NCBI GenBank assembly: GCA_963822445.1
Contig: CAWGHO010000003.1
Span: 1,152,001 to 1,216,000, forward strand
Reading direction: 5' to 3'
DNA from: an uncultured Acidobacteriota bacterium
GTDB taxonomy: Bacteria > Acidobacteriota > Thermoanaerobaculia > Gp7-AA8
Length of the DNA stretch: 64,000 bases
The translations under genes and the position numbers were made by a program. The number at the start of each line of letters is the position of its first letter. The first letter of the stretch is position 1. Positions 1 to 8,828 of this stretch are shown piece after piece. The notes below the pieces were generated by a model. It was not told the origin of the DNA. It made no database searches and saw only the letters and a list, made by a program, of their open reading frames with translations.

Positions 1-956
1 GGCATGCGGGAGTGGCGGTAATACTCGAAAGCAAGGGCGACCTTGCCGGAGCGCTGCGGCATTATGAGCAGGCTCGCGAGGTCAAACACGAGCTCGCCCG
101 TCGCGATCCTGCCGATCTGGAAGCGCAGGCGGAGTTGGCGCGCGCTTACAACAAGGTGGCCGTGCTGTTGTACAAGAAGGGTGATCTCCGCGGCGCCCTC
201 GACTACTCGCAGCGCGAGGTCGAGATTTACCGCCGGCTTGTCTCGCAGGAACCGAAACAGGCCATCTGGAAGCGCCGCCTGTCGAACAGCGTCACCTATC
301 TGGCGCGGACGCTCAGCCATACCGGAAACAGCGACGCGGCGCGGGCGATGTTCGAGGAAGCGCTGACGATGAATCGCGCCATCGCGGCGCTCGATCCGGC
401 CAATGTCGAATGGCAGCGCAACGTCGCCATGTCCCTTCGCTGGCTCGCGAGCGAACACTCAGACCGCGGCGATCGCTCCGAGGCCCTGAAACTGTGCCGC
501 GAAGCGGTTGAGATCATCGTTGACGTCGTCAAGCGCGACCCCTCGCGCACTGGATTCGTCATCGATTCGATGAATGTGAAGACTGACTATGCGCGGCTGC
601 TTGCGGAGCAAGGCGATCCGCGCGGAATGGCGATGCTTCGGGAAGTTCTGACGGGGCTGGAGGCGGTTGCGAAAGACCGCATGACGCGTTACCAGGCCGG
701 CCGGTGCGCGGTCATTCTCGGCGAGCTGTCATTGAAGAAAGATCGTGCCGCCGCGGCGGCCGCATTCGATCGCGCAGCCCGCCACATGGAACCGATCGTG
801 GAACAGACGACGCATCCGGACGAGATGGCCATTTGGACCCGGCTTTTGATCCATCAAAAGCGCTTGCCTGAAGCTCGCGCGAGCCTCGCTCGCTTGCGCG
901 GTACCGGCTACGCCACCACTCAGCTTGAACAGCTCTGCTCCGAGCACGGATGCTAG
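1..956 (+). CDS. TPR-repeat protein, 5'-truncated at the window edge; probably the C-terminal part of a Ser/Thr kinase-TPR protein
   Basis: TPR-like helical repeats (ALRHYEQAREVK, DPANVEWQRNVA). Colinear with the TPR half of 5503..7959: KHELARRDPADLEAQAELARAYNKVA vs [26 protein letters not shown]; WKRRLSNSVTYLA vs [13 protein letters not shown]. The kinase part is not visible. Confidence 0.75.
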   Translation, partial: HAGVAVILESKGDLAGALRHYEQAREVKHELARRDPADLEAQAELARAYNKVAVLLYKKGDLRGALDYSQREVEIYRRLVSQEPKQAIWKRRLSNSVTYLARTLSHTGNSDAARAMFEEALTMNRAIAALDPANVEWQRNVAMSLRWLASEHSDRGDRSEALKLCREAVEIIVDVVKRDPSRTGFVIDSMNVKTDYARLLAEQGDPRGMAMLREVLTGLEAVAKDRMTRYQAGRCAVILGELSLKKDRAAAAAAFDRAARHMEPIVEQTTHPDEMAIWTRLLIHQKRLPEARASLARLRGTGYATTQLEQLCSEHGC

Positions 957-983
957 CAGGGAGAGAAAATTAGGGAGGAAATC

Positions 984-1454
984 ATGTCCAACGGAGTCAA
1001 CACATTTCCGGTCAACGTCTCCTGCAATTCAGGCAGTACCAGCGCAAATCCACCGAAGTTACCCGTGAAGCGTGCCCAGGGCACCGCGATCACGATCAAC
1101 TGGAACGCTCAGGGCGGCAGCACGTTCCCGGAGTCAGGGTTCTTCAGTTGGAAGAACAGCACCAACCCCGGCATCCTGCCGACGCGCAGCAGCGACGGGA
1201 CGACATTGACGCTGAACTACAACATCCCCGGGTCCGTGAACTGGGCGTACAACATCACCTTGTCGGGATGCGCAACCCAGGATCCCGAAATCGATAATGA
1301 GGTGCCTCCTGGTGAGGAAGAAGTGATCCCGCCGAAAAACCCGCCCGGACAGCAGGGACCCGGCGGCCCGACGGGTGGTGGAAACGTCGGCGGTGGTCAG
1401 CCCGGCGGCGGCCAGACCGGTGGCAGTCAGAACGACCCGGCCAAATCTGATTGA
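984..1454 (+). CDS. Small beta-rich protein with DPEIDN motif (DP-EP/DUF1888-like) and Pro/Gly/Gln low-complexity tail
   Basis: Strong SD (gggagga) before the ATG. About 105-aa core ending AYNITL...DPEIDN, then a P/G/Q tail. Paralog at 7956..8399. Family call is by motif resemblance. Confidence 0.7.
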   Translation: MSNGVNTFPVNVSCNSGSTSANPPKLPVKRAQGTAITINWNAQGGSTFPESGFFSWKNSTNPGILPTRSSDGTTLTLNYNIPGSVNWAYNITLSGCATQDPEIDNEVPPGEEEVIPPKNPPGQQGPGGPTGGGNVGGGQPGGGQTGGSQNDPAKSD

Positions 1455-2251
1455 TGCGTGATCCTCGGGCCGGCGGAAACGCCGGCCCTGTTTCGTTTGT
1501 GGAGCGCGGTCTCGAAGAGTGCTTCCGCACGTTCGCCGCGCTTCCGGGTGCCGTCGTCGAGGATCGCGACGATGTTCTGGCCGTGCGTACCGATCTTCCG
1601 CTCACGTTTCTGAACGGCATCTCGCGCACGGCATTCGCCGCTGACGCGAACGAGCGCGTTCGCGAGACGGCGGCTTGGTTTCGCGATCGTGGAACGCCGT
1701 TTCGATGGTGGCTCACGCCGTCGGTCGAGCCGCCGGATCTCATTCGCGTGCTCGCTGCGAATGGGTTGCGGCATTTTTATTACGCGACGGGGATGGCAGC
1801 GGACATCAGCGACGGTGGTCCAGTTCGGGAAGTAACTGGTCTTTCCATCGTTCGCGTGAAGGACGGACGAACGCTGTCGACGTGGGTCGATGTATTCGCG
1901 GAAGTCTTCTCGTTGTCGGAGAAGGCGAAAGGCGTCTGGTACGACGTCTACTCGCGCCTCGACACCTGGCGTCACTTCCTTGCCATGCTCGACGGCAGGC
2001 CCGTGGCCACGACTTCGCTCTGTCTTGGCGGTGAGGTCGGAGGCATCTTCCACGTGGGGACGTTGCCCGAAGCGCGCGGGCGGGGAGTGGGTGCGGCGGT
2101 CACCGCCGCGGCGATGCGCGAAGCAGCGGACACGGGATGCACGGTCGCGGCGCTGCAGTCATCGGAGATGGCGGTGAACGTCTACCGTTCGATCGGCTTC
2201 GAAGTCTGCTGCGAGCTCGAGTTGTACGACTGGAAGCCCGAGTACGACTGA
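1454..2251 (+). CDS. GNAT family N-acetyltransferase
   Basis: Acetyl-CoA motif VGTLPEARGRGVG and VYRSIGF; TGATG coupling to the upstream stop. Confidence 0.9.
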   Translation: MRDPRAGGNAGPVSFVERGLEECFRTFAALPGAVVEDRDDVLAVRTDLPLTFLNGISRTAFAADANERVRETAAWFRDRGTPFRWWLTPSVEPPDLIRVLAANGLRHFYYATGMAADISDGGPVREVTGLSIVRVKDGRTLSTWVDVFAEVFSLSEKAKGVWYDVYSRLDTWRHFLAMLDGRPVATTSLCLGGEVGGIFHVGTLPEARGRGVGAAVTAAAMREAADTGCTVAALQSSEMAVNVYRSIGFEVCCELELYDWKPEYD

Positions 2252-2253
2252 GG

Positions 2254-3552
2254 CTACTCGCCGCCTTCGTCGCCACCGCCGAGGAGATGCTTCCCGCGAT
2301 TTCCCGGGAGTTGCTCGGTGTGCTGGCGCGCGCCACCGCGGCGGCGACGGCGGCGTCGCGGCCCTTTCGGCGTCATCGCCGGCGCGTCATCGTCGGCATC
2401 AACCACTGCAGGCGCGGGTGGCGCAGGTGGACGCGGTTCAGCTTTCTTCGCGCCGCGATCGTTGAGCTTGTCCTCGTCGAGCAGCCATACCCACTGCGTA
2501 TCGGGCACTGCGGCCGCTGGAGCGGCCACCTCGGCCACAGGCCTTTCGCGGCGCGGCTCGCGCTCGCGACGCGGATGCTGCGGCTGCTGTTGCTGCTGCG
2601 GACGCCGCGCGACCGCCGGCGACTCGAGCCGCTTCACCCGAATCAGCACATCCTCGGTGAGCCGGCGATTCACGGCGATCAGATCCGCGAGCAGCGCGAT
2701 CAGCCAGGTGTGAAATCCGGTGATCAGAAACACAGCCGCCAGAATCAGCGACTGAATGTGGCCGCCGCGCTCGCCCTGGAAGAAGTACCAGAGGAAACGC
2801 GCGCCGAGGATCATGCCGAGGAGCATCAGGACCGAGCCGATGGCGAAGAAGGTCTTGAGCGGACGGTAGAGCGTGTAGATGCGGAAGATGGTGGCCATCG
2901 ACTTGCGCATGTACGTGCCGATGCCGCTGTACAAACGCGAAGGGCGCGTCGGCGCGTTCGTGCGCACGCTCACGCTCTGCACGCCGAGGTTGCGGTTGCC
3001 GGCCTGTATGACCGTCTCCAGCGTGTAGGTGAACGGATTGAAGACGTTGATCTGCATCGCCGCTTCGCGCGTGAACGCGCGGAAACCGCTGGTGACGTCC
3101 GCGACGCTGAGTCCCGAGGCCTTGCCGACCGTCCAGCTGCCCATGCGTTGCAGCATCCGCTTGAGCGGCGACATGTGCGGCGATTTCGACACCTCGCGAT
3201 CGCCGATCACCACTTCCGCCGTGCCTTTCACGATCGGGTTGACCAGGCGGACGATGTCCGCGGCCACGTACTGATTGTCGGCGTCGGTGTTGACGATGAT
3301 GTCCGCGCCGAGGCGCAGCGCGGCGTCGATTCCGGCGACGAATGCCGAGGAGAGGCCGCGGTGGCTCTTGAGCTGGAGCACGTGGTTCGCGCCGGCCTTG
3401 CGCGCGGCCTCGGCGGTCTTGTCGGAGGACCCGTCATCGATGACCAGGGTCTCGATCGAAGTCACGCCGTCGATTTTCTTCGGCAGGTCGCGCAGGGCCT
3501 GCGCGATGGTCGCCTCTTCGTTGTAAGCAGGGATTTGAACGATAAGCTTCAT
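2254..3552 (-). CDS. Glycosyltransferase family 2 (DPM1/ArnC-like) with 2 TM helices and a disordered C-terminal tail
   Basis: IPAYNEE, VIDDGSSD, DADNQY, DVTSGFRAF; two hydrophobic helices. Confidence 0.92.
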   Translation of the reverse strand: MKLIVQIPAYNEEATIAQALRDLPKKIDGVTSIETLVIDDGSSDKTAEAARKAGANHVLQLKSHRGLSSAFVAGIDAALRLGADIIVNTDADNQYVAADIVRLVNPIVKGTAEVVIGDREVSKSPHMSPLKRMLQRMGSWTVGKASGLSVADVTSGFRAFTREAAMQINVFNPFTYTLETVIQAGNRNLGVQSVSVRTNAPTRPSRLYSGIGTYMRKSMATIFRIYTLYRPLKTFFAIGSVLMLLGMILGARFLWYFFQGERGGHIQSLILAAVFLITGFHTWLIALLADLIAVNRRLTEDVLIRVKRLESPAVARRPQQQQQPQHPRREREPRRERPVAEVAAPAAAVPDTQWVWLLDEDKLNDRGAKKAEPRPPAPPAPAVVDADDDAPAMTPKGPRRRRRRRGGARQHTEQLPGNRGKHLLGGGDEGGE

Positions 3553-3555
3553 TTA

Positions 3556-4500
3556 GTGAAAGTCGCAGTCATCATGCCGGTCGAACGTCTCGGCGGTGAG
3601 GCCGAGCGCGCCATCTCCTCGGTACTCAATCAGGAAGCGCCGTTTCCGTTCGAGCTGATTGTCGTGTCGGCGGCAGCGTTGAATTTGCCGGGAAATCTGC
3701 CTGCCGAAACCCGCGTACGAAACGTCCTCGAGCAGGATCGTAATCCCGCAACTCGAAGAAATCGAGCAGTTTCCGCCGTTTCGGCCGATGTGGAGGTCCT
3801 GGCCTTCGTCGATGACGACGCCGTGGCCGATCCGCGCTGGCTGGCGACGGCGGTCGCGTACCTCGATGCGAATCCGGACGTGCTCGCCATCGGAGGACCC
3901 GATCCGGCGCCTCCCGATTCGACGATTGCGGAGCTCATCTCGGACACGCTGCTGGCGACGCGGTGGATCGGCAGCGGCGTTGCGGCTCATGAGAATCGCC
4001 GTGGCATTTTCGACGTCACGCGCGCAAGCGACGTGGCCCTGGTCAATCTGTTCGTGCGACGCAACGCGTTCACTGGATTCGACGAGTCGATCGGCTACAT
4101 CGGCGAGGACACGAAGCTGATCGAAGAGCTGATGAAGCGCGGCCGGGTCGTGTATCACGACGGCGTGCGCGTCTTTCATCGCCGTCGCGCGTTTCCCGGA
4201 CCGTATCTCCGCCAGCGCTGGCGTTATCGCGTGAAGACCGGCCGCATGATCGCGACCGGGGAGCGGGCGCGCGATCCGCGCATCGATGCGTTTCTATTCG
4301 CGGGCTTCCTGGCGATCATCCTCGCGCCGTTCGTGATCATCCCGTACGCGATCCTCACCTTCATCCTCGGCGCGATGGCGACGCGGTTGCCGATGCGCTG
4401 GTGGCCGGTGATTCCGCTCGCCTTCGCGATGCATCACCTCACGTACTGGGTGGGCCTCGTGAGCGGAATCATGCAGGGATCTCAGCGCGCTCCACGTTGA
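3556..4500 (+). CDS. Glycosyltransferase family 2 with C-terminal TM helices
   Basis: GTG start gives KVAVIMP; AFVDDD (DxD), GFDE..GED, hydrophobic C-terminus. Upstream part of ORF 2137..4500 is an antisense shadow. Confidence 0.88.
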   Translation: MKVAVIMPVERLGGEAERAISSVLNQEAPFPFELIVVSAAALNLPGNLPAETRVRNVLEQDRNPATRRNRAVSAVSADVEVLAFVDDDAVADPRWLATAVAYLDANPDVLAIGGPDPAPPDSTIAELISDTLLATRWIGSGVAAHENRRGIFDVTRASDVALVNLFVRRNAFTGFDESIGYIGEDTKLIEELMKRGRVVYHDGVRVFHRRRAFPGPYLRQRWRYRVKTGRMIATGERARDPRIDAFLFAGFLAIILAPFVIIPYAILTFILGAMATRLPMRWWPVIPLAFAMHHLTYWVGLVSGIMQGSQRAPR

Positions 4501-5392
4501 ACATCACCTTCACCGCGTGATTCTTCCGCGGCAGCGGGACGATCTTCCGGAGCAGGGGATCGAAGTAGTCCTTGAGCATGGACGGGCGCGGGGCGGTGAG
4601 GTAGCGGTCGGGATACATGCGCACGCCTTCCGGCCCGACCACTTCCAGTTCCTCCCGGCGCGTGACTTTCTGCACGGCGCAGGGAACGTGCGTCACGCCG
4701 TGCTCGCGCAATGCGAAGACGCGATGACTGCCGTTGCCGAGGACCAGGCGATTCTCGACGTGCATGGCGTTGACGATGTTCGGGCCGTATCCGACGACCA
4801 GGCCGACGATCGACGTCACCGCCGCGGCCATCGGATTCACCAGCTGATCGGGATCGAGCAGGACCGGCTCGATGAACCGGAGATCGTTGGACGGCGACAC
4901 GAAGGTATAGGCGTTGGGCGCGGTCTTGAGCGCGCGCACCGGCGCGCGCTGCGGATTGACGGAGATGCAGGTGTGAAAGACGTCCTCGGCCGACGGGTTT
5001 TCGTCGAGCCGTTCGCGGATGCGGCGCACCTGGGAGAGGTTGATGTGCTTCTGGAAAACGACCAGGCGATCGAGCTCCACCATCGCGATCTCGGTCGACA
5101 CCATCTGGAACGCGCGGCGGAAGAGGGGAGTGGCCTTCGCACTTTCCGCCAGCGCCTCGAGCTCCGGAGGCAACGGTCCGGGCGCAGCACCGTCGGCGAT
5201 TCCGGCCTCGATGCGCTCCAGTTCGCGAATCCGATCGTTCGCGGTGCGCCATTCCGCCATCAGCTCCCCCTCGCTGTAACGCCTGGCGTCGACGGCGAGC
5301 GTGAGCACGGCGCCGATTACTTCAGTGACCGGCGGCCTGCCGAAGAGAAAGAGATGATCATCGGCCTCCTGGGCCGCGGGCGTCGTATTCAT
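4469..5392 (-). CDS. Hypothetical protein with ParB/sulfiredoxin-like motif
   Basis: LVLGNGSHRVFAL..G..HVP resembles the ParB/Srx DGxHR motif; globular-looking sequence. Confidence 0.65.
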   Translation of the reverse strand: MNTTPAAQEADDHLFLFGRPPVTEVIGAVLTLAVDARRYSEGELMAEWRTANDRIRELERIEAGIADGAAPGPLPPELEALAESAKATPLFRRAFQMVSTEIAMVELDRLVVFQKHINLSQVRRIRERLDENPSAEDVFHTCISVNPQRAPVRALKTAPNAYTFVSPSNDLRFIEPVLLDPDQLVNPMAAAVTSIVGLVVGYGPNIVNAMHVENRLVLGNGSHRVFALREHGVTHVPCAVQKVTRREELEVVGPEGVRMYPDRYLTAPRPSMLKDYFDPLLRKIVPLPRKNHAVKVMFNVERAEIPA

Positions 5393-5450
5393 TATGGGAA
5401 TTCCCGTTCCTTATTGTACGGAAGCACGGCGAAGAGGCGATAAGGAACTG

Positions 5451-5459
5451 TGCTAAAGT
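5451..5459 (+). promoter_or_regulatory. Putative extended -10 element (TGcTAAAGT) upstream of the kinase gene
   Basis: TGnTANNNT pattern about 44 nt before the ATG at 5503. Confidence 0.3.
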
Positions 5460-5502
5460 TTCGTCGGGTCTTACCAAATACAACTTCGGGGCTCCGCCAT
5501 CA

Positions 5503-7959
5503 ATGGACTTGATCGGCCAGCGGTTTCGCGACATTCGTGTTCTTGGCCTCATCGGCGAAGGAGCGATGGGCGCGGTCTACTCGGCGCACCACGAAACGCT
5601 CGATCGCAAAGTCGCGCTCAAGGCCCTCCACTTCGACGCCCGTCTCGATGAAGAAGCGCATCAGCGGATGTTGCGCGAGGCGCGCGCGCTGTCGAAGCTG
5701 GACCATCCGAACGCCTGCCGGATTTACGACTATCTGCGCGAAGCGGGTCAGGACCTGCTCGTGCTCGAGTACATCGACGGAAAGACGCTCGAGTCGGTGC
5801 GCGGAAATCTTTCCTACAAAGAGAAGCTGCGGGTGGCCGCGTCGATTGCCAGCGTTCTCGTGGCCGCGCACCGCGCGGGCATTGTCCATCGCGATCTCAA
5901 GCCCGAGAACGTGATGATGACCTCGTCGGGCGACGTGAAAGTGCTCGACTTCGGTCTCGCGCGGCTCATGCACATGCGCTCCGCCGGCGGATCGGGACCT
6001 CACGCCGTCGTGAATGACGTTCCCGACGCGTCGATGAAAGAAACGACGCCATCGTTCGGGGGCGGACGCGAATCGAAGCGCTCATTCCTGCTCACCGCGG
6101 CCGGCATCACCATGGGCACGCCGCTTTACATGAGTCCCGAACAGGCCCGCGGGGAGGCACTCACGCCGGCCAGCGACATGTACACGTTCGGCCTCGTGCT
6201 GCAGACGCTCTTCACGGGGATCGAGCCGCATCCCGAGCTTCTTTCGGCGCGTGAAGTGATCCTTCGGGCCGCGCGCAACGTGACCGAGCCGGTGCGCGGA
6301 ACGGATCGCGCCGTGATCGCGCTGATCGAGCATCTCAAGCAGACGGCACCGACCGACCGCCCCACGGCTGGTGAAACGCTGGCAAAGCTGAACTGGATCA
6401 TGGACCGGCCTAAACGCATCGGACGGCGTTCCGCGGCCGCGGCGCTCGTCCTGATCCTGGGTACGGGCACGTGGCGCTACACGGTCGATCTTGCGGAACA
6501 GCGCACGCTCGCCGTCAAGGCGCGCGCAGAAGCGGAGCATCGCAGAGGACAGGCCGAGGATCTGATCGACTTCATGGTGGACGACCTGCACAAGCAGCTC
6601 GTGCCGATTGGAAAGGTCGACATCCTCGACGAGGCCGCGGAACGGGCCATGGCCTACATGTCCTCCCAGCGACCGGAGCTGATGGCGGCCGACGAACTGG
6701 CTCACAACGCCACCGCGCTGCACAACGTCGGCAAGGTACGCGGCAGCCAGGGAAAGCGCGCCGAAGCCCTCAAAGCCTTCCAGCAGTCGCTGATCCTCGC
6801 CAATGCGGCCGTGAAGAAAGAGCCGTCGAATCTCCAGGCGCTGTTCACGCTGGGGCAGTCGCAGTTCTGGGTCGGTGAGACCCACCGGCGAATGGGCAAC
6901 AAGCAGGTGGCTCTGGCGAAGATGAAGGACTACCTGGCGACGTCGGAGCGTCTCGCGCGCGCGGCGCCCGCGAATCAGGAGTACCAGGTCGAGCTGGCCT
7001 ACGGTTACAGCAACGTCGGGAGCATGCTCCAGGTCGACAAGGACTACGACGGCGCGCTCGTCAACTACCAGCGCTGTCTCGCCATCAAGCAGGGGCGCCT
7101 TCGAACGGACCCGTCGAACCGCGAGTGGCAGGCCGACCTCGCCACGACCATCAACAAGTTGGCCTTCGCCAATCAGAGCAAAGGCGATCTCGTACAGGCC
7201 CGCATCCACTTCGAGGAAGAGAATCGGATCCTCAAGAAGCTCGTCAGCGAGAAGTCCGATCACGCACCGTGGCGTAACCGACTGGTCACCAGCCACTGGT
7301 ATCTGGCGGGCCTGCTCAACGATCTGGGGGAAGTGGACGAGGCGGCGGCGAAGCTCGCGGCGGCGCTCGAGGATGCGGAGAGGCTTGTGAAGCTCGACGG
7401 GGCGAACACACTCTGGCGCCGCAATCTGATCGTCAGCCTGGCAAACCTCGGCAACACCGAGCGCATGCGCGGCAATCTCGCCGAGGCACGGCGGCTGCTC
7501 GAGCGCGTGCGTCCGCTGCAGCGCGAGCTCGAGCGCGACGCGCCGGAGATGAAGGAATGGCGCACAGACGCGCCGATGATCGACCTCTGGCTGGCGATGA
7601 CGCTCTACGAATCCAACGAGCTCGCCGCCGCGGAACAACTGGCAGTGCGGACCGTCGGCGCACTGCGGGAACCTGAGCTCACCGCCGATGCGCACCTGCT
7701 TCTGGGGCAGATCGCCGCCAGACAGCGGCGTCCCGAGGATGCTCGCGCGCATTGGCAGCTCGCCGCGGACGCGGTGGGGGAGAGCAAGGGCCTGCGGGTT
7801 GCGGATCGCCGCGCGCGAGCCCTGCTCGTTTCCGGAAAGACCACAGAAGCGCAGCCAATCCTGGACTGGCTGCGGGAAGCGCGGTACGCCAACAGGGATC
7901 TCACGACCGTAGTCGCTTCAATCAATGGTTCGAGCAGAAAGAGAGGAATGAGCTCATGA
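5503..7959 (+). CDS. Hanks-type Ser/Thr protein kinase with C-terminal TPR domain
   Basis: [33 protein letters not shown]; short hydrophobic segment ([14 protein letters not shown]); then TPRs. Confidence 0.95.
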   Translation: MDLIGQRFRDIRVLGLIGEGAMGAVYSAHHETLDRKVALKALHFDARLDEEAHQRMLREARALSKLDHPNACRIYDYLREAGQDLLVLEYIDGKTLESVRGNLSYKEKLRVAASIASVLVAAHRAGIVHRDLKPENVMMTSSGDVKVLDFGLARLMHMRSAGGSGPHAVVNDVPDASMKETTPSFGGGRESKRSFLLTAAGITMGTPLYMSPEQARGEALTPASDMYTFGLVLQTLFTGIEPHPELLSAREVILRAARNVTEPVRGTDRAVIALIEHLKQTAPTDRPTAGETLAKLNWIMDRPKRIGRRSAAAALVLILGTGTWRYTVDLAEQRTLAVKARAEAEHRRGQAEDLIDFMVDDLHKQLVPIGKVDILDEAAERAMAYMSSQRPELMAADELAHNATALHNVGKVRGSQGKRAEALKAFQQSLILANAAVKKEPSNLQALFTLGQSQFWVGETHRRMGNKQVALAKMKDYLATSERLARAAPANQEYQVELAYGYSNVGSMLQVDKDYDGALVNYQRCLAIKQGRLRTDPSNREWQADLATTINKLAFANQSKGDLVQARIHFEEENRILKKLVSEKSDHAPWRNRLVTSHWYLAGLLNDLGEVDEAAAKLAAALEDAERLVKLDGANTLWRRNLIVSLANLGNTERMRGNLAEARRLLERVRPLQRELERDAPEMKEWRTDAPMIDLWLAMTLYESNELAAAEQLAVRTVGALREPELTADAHLLLGQIAARQRRPEDARAHWQLAADAVGESKGLRVADRRARALLVSGKTTEAQPILDWLREARYANRDLTTVVASINGSSRKRGMSS

Positions 7960-8399
7960 CTTACCAGATCAATGTTTATCTGAACACCACCGCCAACCCA
8001 CCGGTGACCTGTTCCCCGGACACGATGGCGGTCTCCTTCGGAACGCAGGACGTTCAGTGGAGCATGGCCGCCGGCCAGAACGGGTCGATCTCCGCGATCA
8101 CCTGGGGCAGCGGCGGCGATCCGTTTTCCGTCGACCCCAGCGCCTCGAACAACTGGACCGGTACCGACGACAACTCCAACACTTCGGGCGCCGGCCAGAT
8201 GTACTCGTACACGATCTCAGTGACCTACAACAACACGACGTATTCGTCGGATCCCGAGATCGAAAACGACCCCCAGCCTCCGCCTCCGCCGCCGGCGCCA
8301 GGACCAGAGATGGTCGAGCCGCCGACGGCAGCAAACGTTCGGCGACACCGCCGCCGCCACAGCATCAGTCATGCAGCGAAGAGCGACGGCAACAGCTAA
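7956..8399 (+). CDS. Small beta-rich protein with DPEIEN motif (DP-EP/DUF1888-like) and Pro-rich/basic tail
   Basis: ATGA overlap with the kinase stop; SD gagagga; YSYTISV...SDPEIEND then PQPPPPPP. Paralog of 984..1454. Confidence 0.75.
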   Translation: MTYQINVYLNTTANPPVTCSPDTMAVSFGTQDVQWSMAAGQNGSISAITWGSGGDPFSVDPSASNNWTGTDDNSNTSGAGQMYSYTISVTYNNTTYSSDPEIENDPQPPPPPPAPGPEMVEPPTAANVRRHRRRHSISHAAKSDGNS

Positions 8400-8408
8400 C
8401 CTAAACCC

Positions 8409-8435
8409 GAACGGGCCGGCCATGCCGGCCCGTTC
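8409..8435 (+). terminator. GC-rich hairpin after the kinase/DP-EP operon (no U-tract)
   Basis: gaacgggccggc-cat-gccggcccgttc, perfect 12-bp stem starting 10 nt after the stop. Confidence 0.55.
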
Positions 8436-8473
8436 AGTCATCCGGGAATCGCGATTGCAACTCGCCGCCGGAC

Positions 8474-8779
8474 ATGAGCGTTCTCGACCTCGACTCCACC
8501 CTCGTCCGTCGCGGTACTCAGGCAATCACCTTCGGGCAGATGGCTGATTTTGCCGATCGCATCGAGCGCCGGCCCCTCGATCAGCTCGTGACCGACCTCC
8601 CCGGCCTGGCGCGCCTCTCCGACATGAAGTTCAGCCTGGCCCGGCAGGTCATCCGCCGGCGGGCTCGTGCGCTGGGCGACATCGATCGCGAACAGCTCCG
8701 GACCCTGGCCATGGAAATCGCTTCCACCGCACCCGGCACGGTTGCCGAACGGATCCGGGCGATCTTCGCCTGGGACTGA
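8474..8779 (+). CDS. Hypothetical protein (101 aa, helical)
   Basis: ATG ORF filling the intergenic gap with host-like codon pattern; no recognisable motif. Confidence 0.6.
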   Translation: MSVLDLDSTLVRRGTQAITFGQMADFADRIERRPLDQLVTDLPGLARLSDMKFSLARQVIRRRARALGDIDREQLRTLAMEIASTAPGTVAERIRAIFAWD

Positions 8780-8828
8780 AGCCCGCGGAAATGCATACAC
8801 TTACGTCGCGGTTGCCACCCGCGACTCG

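Noticed and set aside
2137-3555. N-terminal extensions of ORFs 2137..4500, 41107..43590 and 54592..57204 suggesting large fusions
   Set aside because: The extensions overlap other real genes and are Arg/Pro-rich nonsense; the real starts are internal (3556, about 42751, 56190).
7956-8779. Small ORFs upstream of the radical SAM genes as RiPP precursors
   Set aside because: 7956..8399 is coupled to the kinase and followed by a hairpin; 8474..8779 looks like a folded helical protein; no RRE, peptidase or exporter, and the radical SAMs are coupled to a glycosyltransferase.
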